DNA of 64,000 nt from Eledone cirrhosa (GCA_964016885.1 OZ024754.1:5642001-5706000), one strand, 5' to 3'; positions 28,329 to 41,736 are shown, counted from the first letter of the stretch. Notes: generated from the sequence alone by a model not told the origin. Program-made: numbers and translations.

Positions 28329-29394
28329 TTTTGACTGTTTTATAGATTTTATCGGAACATTGTGACAATTTGTAAAGTGTCTCTTTACAATAATACAAAG
28401 GCGACGATTTGGCAGAAACTGTGGAATCATAGATCAAATATCCCTATATTGTCCCCATATCTATGTCTCAATGAAGCCTAGTTTAACTTTGATGTTTATC
28501 TTTTCAAGGTCGACAAACAAAGTATCAATTCAGAAACGGTGGATTCGCTGGATTGTTGATATACCGGGCGGGGTGCTTTTGGATATCTCCTCCTCCGGCT
28601 CTGTTCATTCTGGGTTCAAATCCCGTAAGAGTAGCGACGATTCTGTTAAATGTTGTAAGCAGCAGATCTTAACAGCACTGGTAAGACCAATTGAAACATT
28701 TTCTTTTATCCGATATGATAAGCGACTTTTCTTTCTCTTTACAATAAGGAACTTGAGTCTAAAAAAATGAAAAGTAATTTTGTTTATTTGTGAAAGTCAT
28801 TTACACTTTTCCGATTCCGTGGGTGGATAAACAATATATTCTGAAAACCTTTCATTTGTGTGACAAACAAAGGTGAAGAGATACAACAGGAACAAAACAA
28901 GACAAAAAAAAAAAAAAAAAAACTAATTAGATGAACTTCACAGCTAGTAATTTATTCTTCCGGGTATATTTCAGGATATCCAAACTTATATAGAAAGAAA
29001 TATATTACATTGACATAACTAGTAACAATAGAAGTTGCTTGTCTGTCTTAGTTGAAAGAAACCTGAAACTGTGAAATAGTTTCATTTACGTCTTGAATAA
29101 ATAACTCTTAAGAAATTAAAGAACATCACAAATTCACGTTTTAATTTATGGAGACAATTGCCATTCGACCTGCATGTTTTATATTTTCCCAAAAAATGTT
29201 CAAATTGGCTGATCATACTGGAATTACATTCTTTGGTTCTTGTTTTTTTTTTTTTTTTTTTTTTTGTCTTTCAAATTTCAACATACACGTAGAGGGAGGT
29301 TTTGTCAACTAATTGCACGTAAAATGAAGAACCTCAGTTAATAGAGGTCTTCCAAATCATTATATTCCTTATGTGAAACCCTACCCCATATATG

Positions 29395-29493
<99 letters not shown>

Positions 29494-29600
29494 ATGTATA
29501 TATATATATACATATATATATACATATATATATATATACATATATATATATACATATACATATATATATATGTATGTATAATATATATATATATGTATAT

Positions 29601-29673
<73 letters not shown>

Positions 29674-30476
29674 TAGAATCTGTTCTTCACCCAAGTATAT
29701 GGTATTTTGATTTATCATTCTCTGATATATCCTTCTCCTTGTTTCCATTTGGTGGGAATGGAGAAAGGATTAGAGTCCATTCATAACATTTTACTCTTAT
29801 GATCATGAGAAGCAAAATGTGTTCATAATTAAGTCATTATTTAAATTAGCGCTATAAATGGCGTGCTGATGAAGCAAATGACGTACCCTAAGTATGCTTT
29901 TATTTTTTATTTTAATTAACTCGGTCTCTACAATCCAATCAAATGTTTTCGAATTTTTCATTGAAGTTTTTTATATATATATTTATATATATGTATATAT
30001 GTTTTTTTTTAGCATTTGTTAAAACTTCAGTCTCCTTAATACAAGTTGAACACTGATTTGCAGCAGTTTATATAAATGACCCCTAGAAAAACTATGGGAT
30101 CTTTTGTCTGGTAGGAATAAATATCATTGTTCAGAAAAATGTATTAACATTTATCAGAAATCTGGTAAAATACACAACAAATATTTTTTACCGTGTATTT
30201 ATATTGTTTATATTATTTATATAGATAGTGGTCCTTCGTCACGAAACATAGACAGTGGTCCTTCGTCCGAAACTACTGGCCCCTCAAGTCACTCATGTAG
30301 CATCAACATCTCAGCTACAGTCTACAGTGCAATATATATCACACTACTCATGTACTGAGTTTCCCCTGCTTGTACAACCAAGTTTTATATATATAGGTAT
30401 ACACATACATATATACCAGCGTACATGCATACATATATACATACACACACACACACACACACACACATACACACAC

Positions 30477-30544
<68 letters not shown>

Positions 30545-31384
30545 ACATACATAGATACGTACGTACGTACATATATATATATTTATATATATATATATAT
30601 ATGTATATACATATATAGATAAATACAAGCGTACATATATATATATGTATGCATATATATACACACACACAGAAATATGTATATATATATATATATATAT
30701 ATAGGTGTGTATGTGTGTAGAGGTCTCTGTGGGTCTGTTTGAGTGTTTATACTTGTGTATAGTTTCATTTACCGTTCAAACCATATTTGGTAATTTCCGT
30801 CAGAATATCTTTCATAGATTTTGGTATTGATATTTTTGTTAGTGTTCTATAAATATTAGTAAAATCGTTTATTGTTTATTGTTAAATACTGATTTCAGTT
30901 ATTTGTCCGTAGTTCGTGGTTTATTGTTGTTGTTGTTGTTGCTGTTGTTGTTGTTGCTGTTGTTGTTGTTATGTGTCACCATTATAAACCCTTTCATCTC
31001 ATTGTTTTTTTTAAAATCTATCCCCTTAATCTTGTACATGAATGTATATGTATGTATATATATATATTTGTATATATATGTATTTGTGCACATATATTAA
31101 TGTATATATACACATATATATATATATATATATATAAATGTGGGTGTACATATGTTAATGTCATTATTGTTATCATTTATCAACATCATCGTCGTCGTCA
31201 TCATCATCATCATCACCATCATCGTCACCATCATCATCACCATCATCCTCACCATCATCGTCACCATCATCACCACCACCATCATCATCATCACCATCAT
31301 CATCATTATCTTCATGATGTCCACCAACCATTATTGTGCTGGTAATTTTATCATTGTTTGTTTCTACACATTTTGATTTTGTTC

Positions 31385-31516
<132 letters not shown>

Positions 31517-31523
31517 GTATATT

Positions 31524-31568
<45 letters not shown>

Positions 31569-31570
31569 TT

Positions 31571-31629
<59 letters not shown>

Positions 31630-31690
31630 CTCCCTCTCTCTCTATATATATATATATGTATGTATATATGTATATATATATATGTATATT

Positions 31691-31745
<55 letters not shown>

Positions 31746-31756
31746 CTCTTTATATA

Positions 31757-31802
<46 letters not shown>

Positions 31803-31837
31803 ATTTTCTTCTTCTATTCTCTGCTTTGTTATATTAT

Positions 31838-32109
31838 TCAAGGGGTGAAATTCCGATACATAAAACCATGTGTCATACTTAGGGCTGAATAGTAACAACG
31901 TAACATGAGAGCATTATTATCTACCTCGTAACCGTGGCTCATAACATCTTGCATTTTTGCCTCAGCGGGGATCGTAGCGGCCGTGACACCTATCGCCGGC
32001 GAGGGGAGAGACTGGATTGGGGGATAGAAAGCTCTTTTGTTCAGAAAACCGAGTGGGGTGTTCGTAGGAGTAATGGGACTGGCGACAGCAACGAGTGCGG
32101 CGGTAGCAG

Positions 32110-32140
<31 letters not shown>

Positions 32141-32308
32141 TGCGGCGACGGCGTTAGCGTTAGCGTTAGCGTTAGCGCTAGCAGCGGCGGCGGCGGCGTT
32201 CAGGTCGGCGGCGGCGGCGTTGGGGGTGTCGGTGGTGTCAGCGTTGTCAGCGGTGGAAGCGTCGTCGGCGGCGTTGGCTACGAAGAGATCCGCTGAGGCC
32301 TCCTCACG
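31838..32308 (-). other. 156-codon in-frame open extension after the UGA (candidate readthrough region, otherwise 3'UTR)
   Basis: REEASADLFVANAADDASTADNADTTDTPNAAAADLNAAAAAASANANANANAVAADDDDDDDGGGAATAALVAVASPITPTNTPLGFLNKRAFYPPIQSLPSPAIGVTAATIPAEAKMQDVMSHGYEVD..NFTP*; second TGA at 31840-31838. Confidence 0.45.
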
Positions 32309-32555
32309 TCAGGATGGTGACGGAGGGTCTATGTGACTGGAGGTTGACATAGGAGAGTTTGACGAGGTCGGCGACGAGAGATCGAGGTCTTTGCGCTTGG
32401 CGTCGCTCTGGAAGCTGACCAATCGCTCACTGCTGTTCGGCGATCTCCTCAGTCGATCGATTCCAGCGAGGGCAGCGTGTGAGGACGAGTGGGTCACCTG
32501 GTGGTCTTGCTGTCCTTGGTGTTGCTGTAGTTGTTGTTGTTGCTGTTGCTGCAAC
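32309..32555 (-). CDS. Probable terminal coding exon of an unidentified host gene (polyQ, Ser/Pro-rich tail, regulatory-protein-like)
   Basis: Long polypyrimidine tract ..TTTCTCCTCTCTGTTTATCTTCACTAG| acceptor; abrupt switch to GC/CpG-rich sequence; 81 aa [51 protein letters not shown]; mixed CAG/CAA polyQ; the other two frames close earlier. No upstream exon identified in the window. Confidence 0.7.
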
Positions 32556-32673
32556 CTAGTGAAGATAAACAGAGAGGAGAAATGAGAAATTAAGATTAAC
32601 GAGAGAAAAGAAAGCGTGGAGGGCAACAAAAGAATATCAATATGTATGTGTATATATATATATATATATATGG

Positions 32674-32778
<105 letters not shown>

Positions 32779-32834
32779 TACACATATATATGCATATATG
32801 TATATGTATACACACATACGCACAAATATATATG

Positions 32835-32920
<86 letters not shown>

Positions 32921-33111
32921 CATATATGTATACACACGCACAGATATATATGTATATATATATATATATGCATATATGTATATGTATACACACGCGCAGA
33001 TATATATGTATGTATATATATATATACATATATATATATATACATATATACGCACAGTTATATATATATGTGTGTATGTGTGTATGTATATAAGTATATA
33101 TATATATATAC

Positions 33112-33155
<44 letters not shown>

Positions 33156-33424
33156 CGAGAGAATCTGGAATAGATATAAGGGAAACTTAGCAGCAAACAA
33201 CCTCTGGCTAAATTCTTCGTAGATCCAACATTAGGAAATGCAAATAGAGAAGAGTTTGATCAGCGGTCGTGTCTCTGGGTGTGAACTGACAAGTTCTGGC
33301 AGTTAAGTCAGAGTTTTCAATTAGCGTGGTTGATAGTAATTGGACAATTGCCAGCAAATTTCACAAATGGAAAACCTACACTGTATAAGTGTGTGTGTAT
33401 GTATATGTGTGTGATTAGGTATAC

Positions 33425-33473
<49 letters not shown>

Positions 33474-33493
33474 CTCGCAAATTTTACCCGCCC

Positions 33494-33672
<179 letters not shown>

Positions 33673-33939
33673 GTATATATATAAGTATATATTTTACATT
33701 CTAAAAAAATCCTGATTTTCTTATATATATATATGTAAATATATATATATGTATATATATATGTATTATATATATATACATGTATACATGTATATACGTG
33801 TGTGTATGTGTGTGTGTGTGTGGTATAAAGGACAACCTAACAAAACATTTTAATTCATCGTCAGCCACCTCATAAAAAATGCAATTTCGTGCATGTTGTT
33901 GATATTCTCAGTATTACATCCATGTTGCCATAAAAACTC

Positions 33940-34003
<64 letters not shown>

Positions 34004-34070
34004 TGTTTCAAAAGATACCGTTAAGGATGAAAGTAGCGATTCTATTCTTAAACTTTAATCTGTTATTTTA

Positions 34071-34136
<66 letters not shown>

Positions 34137-34879
34137 TAAATTTAGTCCTTCATCAGTGATCTTCCAACCTTCATTGGTATTTCATCGCTTTAAAGACCAT
34201 ATACCTCCGGTTGGTGCGATCAACGGCTAAAAAAAGTCGACTCTTTCTATGTCCCCGCGCATATACATACACATACATATGTACATGTGTATATACATAT
34301 TTACCCTTTTTTTGTAATGGAGTAGTTATATTTTGTGTTGTTCACTTTCTAATTAAATAGCTCTGTTCTATACATAGAGCACTCTTTTTCCTTTGCTTTT
34401 CTTTCGGAATTGCCTAACACATACACACAGGCACACACACACACATATATATATATATATTTATTTATTAAAATGACAGATTATGCTCTACGGTTCTTAT
34501 ATATTTGATATATATTTATCCTTATCTAGCCCTCTTTGGATTTTAGTCTTCAAATTTATTATTATTACTATATATATAGCGCTGTCGCTGCGTGCGATTT
34601 TGCGATCAATATTGTGGAAACACCATGTGGATTGTATATTTTACACCCAGCCTCAGCGTTATGTCCACGTCAGTAAAAAATCTTTACCTGGGTCCTGTAT
34701 TTTCGTTGCTCTAGTGATGCGGTCGGACTGCCGACTGCTATATCTAATTTCCTAAGCTGTCTGAACATAATGTTATACTCTGGGGTCTTACCTCATATGA
34801 GTGCTAAAGCTACAAACCGAATAAGCATACACGCTAGCTTGGCCGTATACTAGAGCTTCGTCTATGCTGTACTAAAATT

Positions 34880-34938
<59 letters not shown>

Positions 34939-35356
34939 GGGGGAAGAGAGAGAGAGAGAGACAGAGACAGAGAGATAGTACAAGGGTTACGTTAATGACC
35001 CACCTGCCTAGTTAAAGGGGTGAACGTTCTTTGATAGAGGTATTTACAAAAGCGGATTATATATTTCCAAGCCAACTCCCCGCCTCTGAAACAAGATTGC
35101 TTGCTACGTACGGTATTATGCCAAGACTTTATTTCTTGTACAATCAATGCCGCAGTAACTTATTATATTAGAATACTAAGTGGTATTTGGTGTTACTGGC
35201 GGTGGGTTCGGGCAGATGATATTAATGGCCTCTAGCATACTAGCATATTTTTATTAGATATTAGATTCATACGGACATACGGATAGACATTGACACACAT
35301 TTATGTACGTATGTATATATATATATACGTACATAAATGTGTGTCAATATACTATG

Positions 35357-35459
<103 letters not shown>

Positions 35460-35568
35460 TATGTATATATATATATACAGAGAGAGAGAGAGAGATGTAT
35501 ATATTAATATATATATTCATACATATGTATTTTATATTAATATTACTCATTCACATATATTTGCGTAT

Positions 35569-35645
<77 letters not shown>

Positions 35646-35807
35646 TGTGTGTGTGTTTGTGTGTGTGTTTGTGTGTTTGTGTGTATATTTGTGTGTATGT
35701 TTCTCTGTTTCTATGTGTATGTAGTAAGTATAAAGGGAATATATATGCACTCGTTTCTACTTCATATATATATATATACACACTATAATATAATATAATA
35801 TAATATA

Positions 35808-35870
<63 letters not shown>

Positions 35871-36221
35871 CAATGTACTGGCAGCAAGCCATGTGTTACT
35901 GAAACATGGAACGAACTGTAGGTATTCAATTAAAATAAATTGAAACTGTTCGGTGATTGCTGTTTCAATGTTGTCCATTGATGAAAAAATGTCGGATATT
36001 AAAATATTAAAGGGAAGTAATAAAATGCCGAAGAGTAGTTATGTTTACAACTACAACAGGCGTTACAAGTTGATCTTACAGGCCATATGACAACCTTCTC
36101 TTATTTGCTCTATCGTCTATACCCCGCCCTCTACCACACCCTGGATTTCATTTTCTCCTCCATCATATTTAGTGTCGTATTTCGTGGTTTTTTTCACTTC
36201 TCCTGCTTATTTTCTTTTACA

Positions 36222-36935
36222 TTTCCCCCCAACACTTTTCTTCTCGCAGTTTCTCTCTTACTTCCTCTAAACATCACCCATCCATCTGATCCCACACCTC
36301 CCCCCCCCCCCCGCCACACTTTAATTCTCGCAGTTTCTCCTCTTACTTCCTCAAAACATCACCCATCCATCTGATTCCGCATCTCCCCCTCCCCCCAACA
36401 CTTTTCTTCTCGCAGGTTCTCTCTTACTTCCTCTAAACATCACCCATCCATCTGATCCCACATCTCCCCCCACCCCCCACTTTTATTCTCGCAGGTTCTC
36501 TCTTACTTCCTCTAAACATCACTCATCCATCTGATTCCACATCTCCCCCTCCCCCCAACACTTTTCTTCTCGCAGGTTCTCTCTTACTTCCTCTAAACAT
36601 CACCCATCCATCTGATTCCACATCTCCCCCTCCCCCCAACACTTTTCTTCTCGCAGGTTCTCTCTTACTTCCTCTAAACATCACCCATCCATCTGATTCC
36701 ACATCTCCCCCCACCCCCCACTTTTATTCTCGCAGGTTCTCTCTTACTTCCTCAAAACATCACCCATCCATCTGATTCCACATCTCCCCCCACCCCCCAC
36801 TTTTATTCTCGCAGTTTCTCTCTTACTTCCTCTAAACATCACCCATCCATCTGATCCCACATCTCCCCCCACCCCCCACTTTTATTCTCGCAGTTTCTCT
36901 CTTACTTCCTCTAAACATCACCCACCCATCTCATT
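36222..36935. repeat. 79-81-bp minisatellite, about 9 copies
   Basis: Unit CTTTTCTTCTCGCAGGTTCTCTCTTACTTCCTCTAAACATCACCCATCCATCTGATTCCACATCTCCCCCTCCCCCCAACA. Confidence 0.95.
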
Positions 36936-37071
36936 CCATTTCTCTTCGCTACATTCATCACTGCCTTTATTATTCCTTTCATCCCGTAACTTTCATCCTA
37001 CTTCAACACATGACCCAACCATCTCCTTCCTTTAACTTCCCAACAGAGCGCTGCTTCTATTCCCATCCTCG

Positions 37072-37155
<84 letters not shown>

Positions 37156-37162
37156 ATCTCTC

Positions 37163-37213
<51 letters not shown>

Positions 37214-37615
37214 CTATCTCTCTCTCAGTGATACTCCGTTCATCATCATCAACATCATCCCGAAGCCGAACCCGAGACCTAATGATTTCAACGCGAACTT
37301 TTTAACTTTTCTACCATGGTGCGTTTCCCAGCACACACACACACGCACACGCACACATACACTCACATACACACCCCCACACCCACACACCTACACACAC
37401 ACAATCACAAACACAAACACACACACACGCACATAGAAATAGGCACACAAACAAAGACCCTCATCGGGTTATCTATCATGAACTGAAGAGGAAGGAAACA
37501 GTGAACGGAACAAAATCAGGTCCACCATCTTGATCTGTGTTCTGTGTGAGACGCCAATAGACTAACATTGAACTGAGAGAGGGAGATAGAGAGGGAGAGA
37601 GAAGAGGGAGGAGAG

Positions 37616-37706
<91 letters not shown>

Positions 37707-38277
37707 CAGACAACGCCAAAACATTGGCCTTACACAAGACAGAACATCTAGATAAGATAAGACAGGGAAGAAGGAAAGAAAGAAAGGAAGGAAGAAACAA
37801 AGGAAAAAAAGGAAGAAAGAAAGAAGAAAAGAAAGAAATCGAGAAAGAAAGGAAGGAAGAAAGGAAGAAAGAAAGAAAGAAATAAAGAAAGAAATTAAGA
37901 GAATGTAAGAAAGAAAAAAAGAATTAATGAAAGAAAAGAAAGTAAGAGAGAGAAAGAAAAAAAGAAAGAAAGAAAGAAAAAAGAAAGAAAGAAAGGAAGA
38001 ACGAGAGAAAGAAAGAGAGAATGAAAGAAAAGATGGTGATAAGACCAAAGTTAAATGGCGACTAACAAGGATGAAATCGTGACCAGAAAGGAGGCTTCTT
38101 GCAGTATATCTCTGTGAACTCTATAATATGGAGATTCTAGAAAATATATGGACGTTGTGTGTTTGTATGTGTGTGTGTGTATGTGTTCCTGTGTGTGTGT
38201 GTGTCTGCGTAGATGTGTCTGTGTGTGAGTGTGTGTTCGGAGAAAGAGATAAAGAAATAAAGAATGAATATATATAA

Positions 38278-38309
<32 letters not shown>

Positions 38310-38333
38310 TTAATATATATATATGTGTATGTA

Positions 38334-38427
<94 letters not shown>

Positions 38428-38551
38428 TATATGTATACATAGAAACGAGAGAGAGAGAGACACATATATTATATATATATATATATATATATACATAATA
38501 TATATTATATATATATATATAATATATGTATGTCTCTCTCTCGTTTCTATT

Positions 38552-38594
<43 letters not shown>

Positions 38595-38599
38595 ATATA

Positions 38600-38719
<120 letters not shown>

Positions 38720-38904
38720 CATATATACATACATACTCTCGCTATATATATATATATAGAGAGAGAGAGGGGGGCGAGAGAGAAAGAAAGAGATAGGGGT
38801 TAAAATAATAAACCATAGATTTGTAACAAAATGTATCCCGTATCCTACATTCCACATCAAAACACAACTGAAGAGTCTAAGTAATTTAAACAAGAACAAC
38901 TAAA

Positions 38905-38981
<77 letters not shown>

Positions 38982-39005
38982 TATATATATATATATATAT
39001 ATATA

Positions 39006-39056
<51 letters not shown>

Positions 39057-39169
39057 CTGTATATAGCTTAAAATGGAGTGAAAATAAGAAGAAAGCAAGA
39101 ACGGGGGGGGGGGTGAGTTTTCCTCATCAGTTGTCTACTGGGGTCTCCTTAACTACCAGCTACACAGCC

Positions 39170-39228
<59 letters not shown>

Positions 39229-39229
<1 letters not shown>

Positions 39230-39413
39230 GCGGTGGATTGGCAGTATCAGTAGAGGGTCGGACGCCATGCTTTGACGCATTGAGTTACGGCCCTTGCCAT
39301 TCTGAGTTCAAATCCAGCCGAGGTTAAATTTGCCTTTCATCCTTATGGGGTCGATGAAATAAAGTACCAGTAATGTACTGGGTAATTGCTGGCCTTGTGC
39401 CTAAAATAGAAAC

Positions 39414-39418
<5 letters not shown>
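39229..39418 (+). mobile_element. SINE family 1, full length, inside (TA)n
   Basis: Complete head to tail. Confidence 0.92.
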
Positions 39419-39459
<41 letters not shown>

Positions 39460-39460
39460 A

Positions 39461-39866
39461 CGAGGGTAATCCCAAAAGAAAGGTCTCCAAAGCGATGGGA
39501 ACGCAGAGAAACTGTTCGTACGGCTGTTGGCAACACTGTTGTGATTGGTGCTTCCTTCACTCCCAAACAAGCAAACGCGCGCTTCGCTGGGATGCTCAAT
39601 GTTTGCTTGGCAGCCGTTGAGAATGGAGCTCCCGTTGAACGCTACCGCCAAGTGCGAATTTCGCAGTTATTATATAGAGGGCAATCCCAAAAGTAAGGTC
39701 TCCTTCCGAGGAAAACATGCGTAAAGATCGGCGGATCACTCTGGATGCTCTCTGCATTTTGGTTCCTGAGGTTTCCCGAAGCACCATCCACAGGATTTTA
39801 ACGGAAAAGTTGCAATATCGGAAGTTGCTATATCTGAAGGAGGCCTTACTTTTGGGATTGCCCTCG
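39461..39866 (+). mobile_element. Internally deleted mariner-like element with three TIR copies
   Basis: TA|CGAGGGTAATCCCAAAAGAAAGGTCTCC ... GGAGGCCTTACTTTTGGGATTGCCCTCG|TA, with an internal TIR at about 39676. Peptide [30 protein letters not shown] resembles the mariner second HTH preceding the WVP motif. Confidence 0.85.
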
Positions 39867-39872
39867 TATATA

Positions 39873-39949
<77 letters not shown>

Positions 39950-39957
<8 letters not shown>

Positions 39958-40074
39958 ATATTTGGGGAGGGTCATATTTGCGTAATATTGCCAGAATTAA
40001 TAACAGAACACACTCACTGTTTGGTTGGTTTTCGCTTCTCGCTGTCTTTTATATATATATATCTGCGATCTAAC
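39950..40074 (-). repeat. Left arm of perfect 125-bp inverted repeat (partner 41559-41683)
   Basis: Exact reverse complement, from ATATTGTTATATTTGGGG to CTGCGATCTAAC. Confidence 0.95.
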
Positions 40075-41570
40075 GTAGCACGATGGAAAGCATCCAGCAG
40101 ATAGCTAATTCCATACACCAGAGTATAACTGTAACTATAGACTTCCCTTCCAAACACCCTAACAATAGACTACCTGTATTAGACACAGAACTCTGGATTA
40201 ACACTATAGACGAGAGAGCCCAAATTCTCCACTCACACTATGCTAAACCCATGGCCTCCAAATACCTGATACTCAAAAACTCAGCAATGTCCAGTAGTGC
40301 TAAGTTTAATATTCTGATCGCAGATTTGGTACGAGTGATGAAGAATGTGTCCAGCATGTGCGACCCAACAGAAATGGAAGGACACATCCAACACTTCATC
40401 AACCGCATGCAGTTCTCTGGCTACAACCAAAGAGACAGAGTCAGAGTATACGAAGGAGCCATGGAAAAGTATAAGACCCTCATAGAACTGGACATGAAAG
40501 GAATTTGCCCACTATACAGGAGCAAATCATGGAATAGCTTAGATAGGGCTAGACATAAGATAGGGAAGGCCACATCATGGTACGACAACCAGAGATATCA
40601 GAGTGTCATGTTTGTGGACGCCACCCCTGGAGGGAAATTAGCTAACCAGTGTAGAAAGGCCCTGAGAAAGACCCACTTAAAAATAAAGGTGGTAGAAAAG
40701 CCAGGAACCACCATAAAATCCCTGATCAGCAAAACCTACCCTTTTAAGAAAACCCACTGTACCAATAGGAAATGTATCATATGTAAGGTGAACCCCCGGA
40801 TAAACTGTAAAACTAGAAACGTAGTCTATAGCATAAGATGTACAGAGGGTACTTGCAGAAACACGACAACAACATACATAGGTGAGACAGCTCGTAGCAT
40901 AGGTGAAAGGATAGACCAACACTGGGGGGAACTAAAAGGACGAAAAAACGGGTCAGTACTATACGAACATGCTAGACAACATCATGACGGTAACATAGAC
41001 AACATAGAAATTAGAATAATATCTAAACATAGGAATGACCCAGCAGATAGGCAAATCAGAGAGGCCAGTGAAATAGAAATTAGAAGACCAAAGCTAAACA
41101 GAAAGAATGAGTGGAACAACAACAACACCCAAACAAACAACACTGACCTAAGAGAAGTATAAATAAATAAGTAAATTAAATTAAATAAAATAAGATAAAT
41201 AAATACATACACAAGCACATAAACACACACTAGTCACCCAGCAGACACAACACTATACACACTAGTCACACATCACACATAACACTATACACACACGCAA
41301 ACGCATGCGCAAAGAAGACAAAATAAAATAAGATAAACAAACAAGCAAATAAATAAATAAATATATAGACAGACTGAACAAAAAAAATGGCGTAGACATA
41401 CAACACAACAGGAGGAACAATCAATATAACACCACTGACGATGTTGCAGATGTGCAACGAAAGATTTATGTAAACTATATATATATGTGTTTGTCTATAT
41501 TGTATCTGTATTATTTTTGACCGCCGGTCAGTCAATGGCAACATTGAGGACCGAGTAAGTTAGATCGCAG
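40075..41570 (+). mobile_element. 5'-truncated Penelope-like element (C-terminal endonuclease type)
   Basis: Uninterrupted RT-end/GIY-YIG ORF, A/C-rich 3' region, hammerhead-like core, inverted terminal duplication and (TA)n surroundings. Confidence 0.9.
40083..41162 (+). CDS. Penelope-like element ORF, partial: RT C-terminus/thumb, Cys-rich linker, GIY-YIG endonuclease
   Basis: LPVLD and HYAKP (RT end), SGY, C-x4-C-x2-C-x7-C linker, NVVYSIRC..C..YIGETARS..ER..QH..H...H..R...EA..I..LN (GIY-YIG with CCHH). The RT catalytic DD lies upstream and is missing. Confidence 0.9.
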   Translation: MESIQQIANSIHQSITVTIDFPSKHPNNRLPVLDTELWINTIDERAQILHSHYAKPMASKYLILKNSAMSSSAKFNILIADLVRVMKNVSSMCDPTEMEGHIQHFINRMQFSGYNQRDRVRVYEGAMEKYKTLIELDMKGICPLYRSKSWNSLDRARHKIGKATSWYDNQRYQSVMFVDATPGGKLANQCRKALRKTHLKIKVVEKPGTTIKSLISKTYPFKKTHCTNRKCIICKVNPRINCKTRNVVYSIRCTEGTCRNTTTTYIGETARSIGERIDQHWGELKGRKNGSVLYEHARQHHDGNIDNIEIRIISKHRNDPADRQIREASEIEIRRPKLNRKNEWNNNNTQTNNTDLREV

Positions 41571-41581
41571 ATATATATATA

Positions 41582-41735
41582 TAAAAGACAGCGAGAAGCG
41601 AAAACCAACCAAACAGTGAGTGTGTTCTGTTATTAATTCTGGCAATATTACGCAAATATGACCCTCCCCAAATATAACAATATCTGTTTCGACACACGAT
41701 TTCATATAAAAAACCTCGCAAAACTAATTCATCGC

Positions 41736-41736
<1 letters not shown>
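41582..41736 (+). repeat. (TA)n-embedded dispersed repeat family B
   Basis: CAGTGAGTGTGTTCTG..ATGACCCTCCCCAAATATAACAA..CACACGATTTCATAT. Other fragments at about 20815, 47783, 52152, 61390(-) and 61548(+). Confidence 0.85.

Noticed and set aside
32151-32177. (TTAGCG)n telomere-like hexamers
   Set aside because: Only about 4 units, not TTAGGG, and part of the Ala-Asn codon repeat.
31934-32336. Plus-strand ORFs over the GC-rich island (acceptor-like site at 31965)
   Set aside because: Probably antisense shadows. The minus strand has the stronger acceptor exactly at the GC boundary and a more protein-like sequence. Not fully excluded.
40083-41162. Selenoprotein-type (Naiad) Penelope-like element
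   Set aside because: The endonuclease is C-terminal and there are no in-frame UGA codons; the Cys positions are ordinary codons.
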